DNA of 64,000 nt from a virus, in IMG/VR virus record IMGVR_UViG_3300017917_001562, positions 44,582-108,581 of that record, one strand, 5' to 3'. A program made the position numbers and the translations under genes. Below are positions 57,795 to 64,000 of this stretch, piece after piece; position 1 is the first letter of the stretch, and every line of letters begins with the position of its first letter. The notes under the pieces are model-generated. The model saw nothing but the letters and a program-made list of their open reading frames with translations. It searched no databases and was not told where the DNA came from.

Positions 57795-58426
57795 TATCCA
57801 CCAAACACTTCCATAGCATGTTTATAGTGCTTGATACGATCTTCTAAACCAAGTGTACCGCCGTTAATGCGTTTTGTTAGTGTCAACATATCACCTTTAT
57901 CGGCCCACTGGTTCAAATTGTTTGCTTCCCAGAACCAGGCAGCACTTTGTACGCAACCTTCAAAAGTTAGCAAATGTTCTGCTGCTTCTTCTACGCTGAT
58001 TTCTAAACTTTCAGCATAGCGAGTATAATTGTCCTTGCCAGTTAACTGGATAAGCCCTTTACCACGATACTTCCAGCCATCACCGGATTCTTCGGGCCCA
58101 TTGCCCATTCTACCACCATAAGCACGGTTAGCAATCATTTCTGGTTTGTTAGCATATCTTGCAGCTGTAGCATCATCGGGGAAATACTTGGGCCATACCT
58201 TACGCAAGCTGGCAGCTTTGTAGTTAAGGTTTTCGCTAATAAATTTAAATCCGCCACTTTCATGTGCTGTTTGTGCTACAAATGCAGCTACTCTTGGTAT
58301 TGTGTGAATTTCGTAATCGGGTAATATTTTGCAAAATGCGCTGTACCACTGTTGAATATAAGGGTTACCGTGTACGCATTCGTTTAGTTTGTCTACTGTA
58401 AAATCAAATTGGAATCCATCAGCCAT
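57794..58426 (-). CDS. glycoside hydrolase family 19 endolysin
   Basis: AAFVAQTAHESGGF, ENLNY, YRGKGLIQLTG..NY, SAAWFW, TKRINGG..GL.DR. Confidence 0.93.
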   Translation of the reverse strand: MADGFQFDFTVDKLNECVHGNPYIQQWYSAFCKILPDYEIHTIPRVAAFVAQTAHESGGFKFISENLNYKAASLRKVWPKYFPDDATAARYANKPEMIANRAYGGRMGNGPEESGDGWKYRGKGLIQLTGKDNYTRYAESLEISVEEAAEHLLTFEGCVQSAAWFWEANNLNQWADKGDMLTLTKRINGGTLGLEDRIKHYKHAMEVFGG

Positions 58427-58489
58427 TGCTTTGTCCTTGAAAAGTTATCTCAAAGTATTTAGCTTTTTGGAAGGGGTTTTAAGTAGGTA

Positions 58490-59050
58490 TTATTTAAGTC
58501 CAGCTGCTACTCGAAGTTGCTCGGTCCATGAATTGACAGGGGCAGTTTTATTGATAGGCACCCTAGCGGCTTCTTGCATTGCAGTGATTTCGTCATCTGC
58601 ATCTTTGTACTGTTTGCTGTAAAACTCTGGTGTTAATGGTATAACATTTGCAAGATTATCCATGGTCAAATCATGCTGTTTAGAATTTTTACGATATTGA
58701 AAATTCCAATCAGCAATGTCTTGGTCTGTTAAATTAAGCATACCATCTACTAATTCCATGATTTGTTCTGGGGCATCTATACTGCGCTCTAATTCAACGA
58801 ACAACATATAATTACCGTTGTCCATTACACCCGCACTAACATCACTGTCTAATACAAATTTGTAACCTGTTTCAAAGAACTGCATCAATGCCCCAGCCGG
58901 CTCTTTTTCTTTTACTTCAAAGCTAAGAACTATGATATCAGCATCTGTGCCCATCTTGCTTTTGAATTCGTCAATATGCAGTTCAGGAACAACTAATCTT
59001 TTTAAGTCACCTTGCTCCAAGCCTTCAAAAATATTAGATTGCTGGTGCAT
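58490..59050 (-). CDS. conserved hypothetical phage protein
   Basis: EGL..GDL..LV....HIDEFKSKMG; ends VAAGLK. Confidence 0.7.
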   Translation of the reverse strand: MHQQSNIFEGLEQGDLKRLVVPELHIDEFKSKMGTDADIIVLSFEVKEKEPAGALMQFFETGYKFVLDSDVSAGVMDNGNYMLFVELERSIDAPEQIMELVDGMLNLTDQDIADWNFQYRKNSKQHDLTMDNLANVIPLTPEFYSKQYKDADDEITAMQEAARVPINKTAPVNSWTEQLRVAAGLK

Positions 59051-59564
59051 TTTGTTGCTCCATGTCTTGTTGGAATACATCATCAGTTTGGCCTTCTTCT
59101 GCGGCTTGTTCAATGTCTTCTTGATCTAGTAATCCGTTTTCTAATTCAATACTGCCTTGCTCAATATCGTTCATTAACTGTTTAGGCATGGTTATGGTAA
59201 CTAACCAAATTGGTTTGTTGACCATGCGGGGCATTTTGGTACCAGGTTTAAAATCGTCGTAGCTTTTAACTTTAATAGGATACTCAAGATTATCCTTTTT
59301 GTAAGAAATTTCGCAGCCGTAGTTTAGTAGTCTTTCACCACCTGCAGGATCAGGCATATTTTTGTAATCGTACATAAATGTGCAGGTTACAAAATACTTT
59401 TCGTAAACTGGACCTTCAACTAATTCGCCTTTTTTCCAGTTATCAAAAGCATAAAGATCTAAATCAGCTAATACACGCTCAAAATCCAACAGAGTTTCTA
59501 AACTACTGTCAGTCATATAAATTTCTTTAGTATTGTCTAATATTTTCTTAATGTTAGCGGCCAT
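59034..59564 (-). CDS. conserved hypothetical phage protein
   Basis: LLDFERVL..LDLYAF.NW..GELVEGP, MPDP.GG.RL; TAAATA upstream. Confidence 0.7.
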   Translation of the reverse strand: MAANIKKILDNTKEIYMTDSSLETLLDFERVLADLDLYAFDNWKKGELVEGPVYEKYFVTCTFMYDYKNMPDPAGGERLLNYGCEISYKKDNLEYPIKVKSYDDFKPGTKMPRMVNKPIWLVTITMPKQLMNDIEQGSIELENGLLDQEDIEQAAEEGQTDDVFQQDMEQQNAPAI

Positions 59565-59607
59565 ATTGTTATTTATGCTTGTTATCTAAGTTTTGTGCAG
59601 AGAATTT

Positions 59608-60249
59608 TTAGTTGATCAATTGTGCAACTAAATCCTGCAAAAGTTTATGATGCCGCCCTTGATGCCAGTGGGGTTTTATGTAATCTTGTGTATACCAGCT
59701 TTCTAAACTATCTGGGCAAGCCCCCATAACGCCAATTTTTCCTTGTACAATACACATAGGATCGCCGTTAGCATAAGTTGCTGTTACAGAACAATTATTT
59801 AAATTTCCCACAAAAGTACAACCGTCCCTGAAAAACATTCGTTCTAGTTGCCCTTGCCAAGTAACTTTTGCAACGGTGTCATAGCACTTACGAATATCTG
59901 CTGTGGGTTGTTTAATGTATTGTACCGCATCAATTTGATCTAAAATATCAAAGTAATATTTGCCGGCCCAATATGCTCCTACACAAATACCTAAATAAGC
60001 GCCGCCTTGTGCTACAAAGTCTGCTACAGCATTTGCTCTTTTTCTTAAAAATATACCATCATAGTCATCTGCGTCTCCTACTCCTCCAGGAAACGCGACC
60101 ATGTCTACATCTTTAAAAGTTTCCGCGGTGCATTGTTCATCTGTGAATATTTTTATGTTGTAAAAAGGGCTTAGTGCAGCTAATATACCGTCGCCACATT
60201 CAGCGGCTTCTTGAGATGAAGTATCTTTAAATAGCGCAATAGTTTTCAT
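59608..60249 (-). CDS. class I glutamine-amidotransferase-like (BPL_N-type) protein
   Basis: FPGG.G, GGAYLGICVGAY nucleophile elbow. Confidence 0.75.
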   Translation of the reverse strand: MKTIALFKDTSSQEAAECGDGILAALSPFYNIKIFTDEQCTAETFKDVDMVAFPGGVGDADDYDGIFLRKRANAVADFVAQGGAYLGICVGAYWAGKYYFDILDQIDAVQYIKQPTADIRKCYDTVAKVTWQGQLERMFFRDGCTFVGNLNNCSVTATYANGDPMCIVQGKIGVMGACPDSLESWYTQDYIKPHWHQGRHHKLLQDLVAQLIN

Positions 60250-60416
60250 GTTTGTTGAATTGTTTTGTATTTAAAGAAAGTTAGCCTAATACTTAGCCAA
60301 TTTGGTAGAAAAATTATAACTGTGGTTTGTTGGTTTAATGTGGTTTTAAATAGTATTGTGGACGCTGAGTTTAGTGTCCGCTGCTCAAGTCCACACTTAT
60401 ACATTTGGAGGACATA

Positions 60417-61157
60417 TTGTCGAAGCGTAAGAGTAGGTTGCTCTACCAACCTGAACAAAAAGTAGAAAACAACATAGTTAGTATTAACACTTACTACAAT
60501 ACAAAAAAGCGAGCTGTTCAACTACTACCTAAAACACTAAATCAAGAAACTTACATCAACCTTTTAACAGATACCAACAAACTAATTATTTTTGCCACAG
60601 GCCCTGCTGGCACTGGCAAAACCATGTTGGCCATGTTAGCAGGCATAAGAGCTTTGAGAGAGGGCAGTGTAACTAAAATAGTTTTAACTAGACCCGCTGT
60701 TGGGGTAGATGATGAACAGCATGGATTTTTGCCCGGGGATCTAAATCAAAAAATGGAACCTTGGACAAGACCCTTGTTTGATGTATTGCTTGAATACTAT
60801 GATAAAAAAGAAGTAGCCCGAATGCTAGACGAACAAATTATAGAGATATCTCCACTGGCATTCATGCGAGGACGGACATTTAAAAATGCGTGGATAATTG
60901 CAGACGAAATGCAGAACGCAACACCAAATCAAATGAAAATGCTGTTAACTCGTTTAGGTGAAAATAGTAAAATGATTGTCACCGGTGACACTCGACAAGC
61001 GGACCGCACAGACCCCGACAATGGTTTGCTAGACTTTAAAGCACTGGTCGAGGATTATAAAAATTGTCAGTATATAGCAGGAGTAGAACTTACCGGAAGA
61101 GATATCCAAAGACATCCTGCTGTTAAAGAAGTGCTGCGAGTATATCGGGAGATATAA
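60417..61157 (+). CDS. phoH: PhoH-like ATPase
   Basis: GPAGTGKT, LTRPAV, GFLPG, PLAFMRGRTF, DEMQN, TGD..Q.D, I.RHP.V; TTG start after GGAGG. Confidence 0.95.
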   Translation: MSKRKSRLLYQPEQKVENNIVSINTYYNTKKRAVQLLPKTLNQETYINLLTDTNKLIIFATGPAGTGKTMLAMLAGIRALREGSVTKIVLTRPAVGVDDEQHGFLPGDLNQKMEPWTRPLFDVLLEYYDKKEVARMLDEQIIEISPLAFMRGRTFKNAWIIADEMQNATPNQMKMLLTRLGENSKMIVTGDTRQADRTDPDNGLLDFKALVEDYKNCQYIAGVELTGRDIQRHPAVKEVLRVYREI

Positions 61158-61165
61158 TCGCTTGG

Positions 61166-61195
61166 GTAGTCGGTTTCGGCCGACTACTTTATTTT
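61166..61195 (+). terminator. intrinsic terminator with UUCG loop
   Basis: GTAGTCGGT-TTCG-GCCGACTAC-TTTATTTT between convergent genes. Confidence 0.85.
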
Positions 61196-61778
61196 AGTTT
61201 TTTACGATAATATCGTAAATTTCACGCCAATTTTTAACTTTAGGAAACACAACATCAGCATCCATATTGTGTCCGTGTTCCATTAAAATGCTGTTAAGTC
61301 CAAGACTGTAACCAACTTTGGCATTTGTGATCTTATCTTCAATCCAGTAATAACCACTATTTCTATATGGTTCTAATGCATCATCTTTGTCTGCACCTGT
61401 ATCTAAAAAGATAAACTTTTCAAATGCTGTTTCGCCGAATAGTTTTTTAAGATTCATACGACGAAGTTCTTGTGCATTTTCATCGGTGGTTAATGAAGTA
61501 ATGCAGTGAAATACATACCCGTGTTCTTCATGCAATCTTTTAACATAGTACATGGCGTCACGCAAGGGAGGCAAGAAACCCATGTGTGCAGACTCGTTGA
61601 AAATTTTGATAAGTTTTCGTCCCTGTTCGGCGTCTATACCGTATCTAGTGCCAATATTGTATTTTAGATTGCCGCCATCAACTTTGTTAAATCCATGCTG
61701 TCGCATCCAAACATCAAAACTATACTCCCAATCTAACAAAACGCCATCGGCGTCAGTTAGAATAATTCGATTTTTCAT
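61194..61778 (-). CDS. HAD-family 5'(3')-deoxyribonucleotidase-like protein
   Basis: DADGVL, ITS, K, WIEDK..N, HN, WREIY. Confidence 0.85.
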   Translation of the reverse strand: MKNRIILTDADGVLLDWEYSFDVWMRQHGFNKVDGGNLKYNIGTRYGIDAEQGRKLIKIFNESAHMGFLPPLRDAMYYVKRLHEEHGYVFHCITSLTTDENAQELRRMNLKKLFGETAFEKFIFLDTGADKDDALEPYRNSGYYWIEDKITNAKVGYSLGLNSILMEHGHNMDADVVFPKVKNWREIYDIIVKN

Positions 61779-61781
61779 AAT

Positions 61782-62027
61782 TTATTTTCTTTGTTGAAGT
61801 CTTTGTACAACGCCAATTGTCGCTTCAAGTTGGCTTTCAAGTCTGTTTAGTTTTCTACGGAGAAAAGCTATTTCCATGGCCTGTTCTGTATTAGTTTGTG
61901 CAAGTTTACCAAACTGTTCACGCCAAGTTTTCATTTCTTTTTCGTGTCCCAATAGTGTGGGACGAGGAGGTGCGTTAGGATCCACTTCCTTCTTTTTCTT
62001 GGGTTTGAACATTCCTGGAATCATACA
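61782..62027 (-). CDS. hypothetical coiled-coil protein
   Basis: KKKKEVDPNAPPRP..L.HEK. Confidence 0.6.
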   Translation of the reverse strand, partial: CMIPGMFKPKKKKEVDPNAPPRPTLLGHEKEMKTWREQFGKLAQTNTEQAMEIAFLRRKLNRLESQLEATIGVVQRLQQRK

Positions 62028-62031
62028 GTAT

Positions 62032-62955
62032 TTAGTGCTGAATACCTGCAAGTTCAGTTATAGTAGCACTTAAATTAATTTCTGGATCACCGCATTGACT
62101 ATGCCATACAATGCCTTTACGAATAATCATAATAGCTTCGTCGCGACCTTCTTCAGTCTTGGACCAAAGATCTAAGTTGTCATACATCCAGCGAAAGATT
62201 TCTTCCATTTCTTCAGGACGAGCCTGTTCACACAACAGTTTTCTTGCTTCACGAATCCTGCGCTGTTTGAACAAATCTACCATGGTCAGTCGGTAGTCAG
62301 CGGTACTGCTTTGTTCTTCTCGGGGACTGATTAACTTACCTGTACTGCTGTTCTGTTGAATTAGTTTTAAACAGTTGCGAAGATCTGGATAAGTTGCTTT
62401 GACATAACTGTCAAGAGTATCTAAGTCAAACTCGATATCTTCAGTTACCAACACAGTGGCTGCACGAGCAGTAAACTCAGTTGGGTCTGTTTTGTTAATC
62501 TGCAGGTCTACACAACGACTTTTAATTGGAGTAATGATCTTATGCACCAAGTTACAAGTAAGAATAAATCTAGCCTGTGCTTGATAAGTTTCCATTAAGC
62601 CACGCAGTAGTCCTTGTGCGTTTGGACTCAAATAGTCTGCTTCGTCTAAGAGTACAATCTTAATGTGTCCAAATGGCAGTGTACTGACAAAACCTTCAAT
62701 TTTAGTTTTAAGAAAGTCTACACCGTTATCACGACTGGCGTTGACTTGTAAAAAGTCATAGTCATCAATGCCCAATTGATTAACCAATACCTTGGCCAGT
62801 GTAGTCTTGCCTGTGCCTGCAGGACCATGTAACAGTAAATGTGGGCAAGCACCTTCTTCAATCCAACCCTGTACTTGTTCTTTTACTGCTTGATCAGTAA
62901 ACACATATTCTTCGACTGTTTTGGGTCTGTATTTTTCTGTCCAAAGTTCTTTCAT
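62032..62955 (-). CDS. clamp loader ATPase subunit (RFC small subunit/gp44-like)
   Basis: LWTEKYRP, GPAGTGKTT, NAS, LDEAD, SRC, YPDLR. Confidence 0.92.
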   Translation of the reverse strand: MKELWTEKYRPKTVEEYVFTDQAVKEQVQGWIEEGACPHLLLHGPAGTGKTTLAKVLVNQLGIDDYDFLQVNASRDNGVDFLKTKIEGFVSTLPFGHIKIVLLDEADYLSPNAQGLLRGLMETYQAQARFILTCNLVHKIITPIKSRCVDLQINKTDPTEFTARAATVLVTEDIEFDLDTLDSYVKATYPDLRNCLKLIQQNSSTGKLISPREEQSSTADYRLTMVDLFKQRRIREARKLLCEQARPEEMEEIFRWMYDNLDLWSKTEEGRDEAIMIIRKGIVWHSQCGDPEINLSATITELAGIQH

Positions 62956-63137
62956 GCTGCTTCCTTAAACAATGGCATACCTTCACTCAAGTGTCGGATA
63001 TATTCTAAGTTGGGAAATGTATCTAGTGTACCTTTGTGACTTTTTACTTCGACCCGTGTTTGGTCTGCATTTTCAAGTGCGTAGAAAAACATTTCTCTAG
63101 CACCTTGTTCAACTTGTTTTGTAAAGTGTTCTTTCAT
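62952..63137 (-). CDS. hypothetical protein
   Basis: 61-aa ORF with ATGA overlaps. Confidence 0.55.
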   Translation of the reverse strand: MKEHFTKQVEQGAREMFFYALENADQTRVEVKSHKGTLDTFPNLEYIRHLSEGMPLFKEAA

Positions 63138-63277
63138 TCCGTATCTTCTATTCTCTCTATCTTAACTGAGCTGGCTGTCATGTGTAATTGCTCATAGATA
63201 AATTCTTCACAGGCCGCTGCCATTTCTTCTTCGGTTTCGTAACCGTCTAACCATAGATCAACAACAAATTTAGGCAT
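63134..63277 (-). CDS. 47-aa hypothetical protein (below the ORF-track cutoff)
   Basis: MPKFVVDLWLDGYETEEEM...; GGAG RBS, TAATG overlap. Confidence 0.55.
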   Translation of the reverse strand: MPKFVVDLWLDGYETEEEMAAACEEFIYEQLHMTASSVKIERIEDTE

Positions 63278-63399
63278 TATTCAACTCCAAAATAATTTTT
63301 TAATAAAACTAAAAACGATCGCAAAAATTGTAAAGTAAGTGGCCGCACCTACCATTAACAGATATACAACAACCCACCAATGTGCTCGTTCACCTTCAG
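63277..63399 (-). CDS. 40-aa membrane peptide (below the ORF-track cutoff)
   Basis: MTEGERAHWWVVVYLLMVG...IKNYFGVE*. Confidence 0.5.
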
Positions 63400-63677
63400 T
63401 CATTCTTTACACCTAACAACTCTTTGATTAAGGTCTTTTTATCTTCCATAGACATGCCAACAATTCCAAAATGTTCCTTGATATCACTAACACAATGTAA
63501 TCTACCAGTATTGTAATCACTATTACCTACACGGCTCTTACATACATCGATACAATCGTAGACAGCAGCGTTGACAAAGTGATTGGCCATTCGAGCCAAC
63601 GCATCGCTCATACCAGCAATACCTTCTGGATGTTCCTCGACATAGGCTCGAATATCTTCTGGTTTAATATAGTTCAT
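63396..63677 (-). CDS. small paralogous family protein
   Basis: DCIDVC...IKEHFGI. Confidence 0.6.
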   Translation of the reverse strand: MNYIKPEDIRAYVEEHPEGIAGMSDALARMANHFVNAAVYDCIDVCKSRVGNSDYNTGRLHCVSDIKEHFGIVGMSMEDKKTLIKELLGVKND

Positions 63678-63877
63678 ACGTTTCTTAATCCAATTCTGCT
63701 GTAACCTAAACTGCTTTTTACTTCTCTGCGACTTTCTTTAAGTTCTTTATTGTACTGTTCAATGACAAGTTTTGCAAACTTTTCGGCATTGTCTACGCTC
63801 ATCCATTTACCACTAGTGTCTGTGCCAGCTTGTTGAATGAGTTTTTTAATCTGGTCATTCATTTGTGGGTTTTTCAT
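63674..63877 (-). CDS. small paralogous 'QAG...EKFA.L' family protein
   Basis: MNDQIKKLIQQAG...AEKFAKLVIE. Confidence 0.65.
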   Translation of the reverse strand: MKNPQMNDQIKKLIQQAGTDTSGKWMSVDNAEKFAKLVIEQYNKELKESRREVKSSLGYSRIGLRNV

Positions 63878-64000
63878 CGGTATTAACTTTCTTTTCGATT
63901 TTAGTTTCGGTTGTATCTAAATGAGTTTTTACAAACTTATCGCCGTAGTGCCAACCTATGGCTGTAAAAAAACCAGCAACAATCAAAGAAACAATCATTA

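Noticed and set aside
8094-63039. Numerous + strand ORFs of 60-170 aa (e.g. 8895..9395, 10405..10926, 46383..46799, 52868..53332)
   Set aside because: They are antisense shadows of well-supported - strand genes, with no RBS or recognisable motifs.
1-64000. Stop-codon reassignment as seen in some large phages
   Set aside because: Core genes are full length in the standard code, and TAA, TGA and TAG all occur as genuine stops.
1-64000. Cellular (bacterial or archaeal) origin suggested by clpA, dnaJ, guaC, dps and the RFC-like gene
   Set aside because: The T4-like replication set, lysis cassette, homing endonucleases and dense small-ORF arrays, with no ribosomal or other housekeeping operons, indicate a phage carrying host-like genes.

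Overview
AT-rich, gene-dense fragment of a large lytic tailed phage with T4-like/jumbo-phage gene content. Almost everything is on the - strand and reads in the standard genetic code. Spanins and lipoproteins point to a Gram-negative host. Left to right: (1) ~1.2-8.1 kb, a tandem array of about 23 divergent small paralogues ending in F-x-L-[RK]-W-S, whose last codons form a repeated TTGAGGTGGTCATGA junction that doubles as ribosome-binding site and stop/start overlap; (2) a VWA-metallopeptidase plus MoxR AAA+ pair and early genes behind sigma70-type promoters; (3) RNase H/5'-3' exonuclease, then a ~17 kb 7-deazaguanine DNA-modification and nucleotide-metabolism cluster (QueE, QueD, FolE, TGT/DpdA-like, DpdL-like T-fold protein, YhhQ, GMP reductase, PRTase, glycosyltransferase, aminotransferase, no QueC in view), with a preQ1-I-like pseudoknot upstream of queD; (4) sliding clamp and family B DNA polymerase; (5) Dps and a block of probable internal-head proteins, including a 1215-aa modular polyprotein whose modules are separated by a DNA-level QGVAEG repeat; (6) ClpA, DnaJ, a lysis cassette (holin, spanins, GH19 endolysin), PhoH, a nucleotidase and a clamp loader. 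Several free-standing GIY-YIG endonucleases are present, two of them sharing a structured leader. No tRNA, rRNA or CRISPR array was recognised. All product calls come from motif recognition by eye, without database searches. Many starts were moved from the ORF track to the more plausible internal start.
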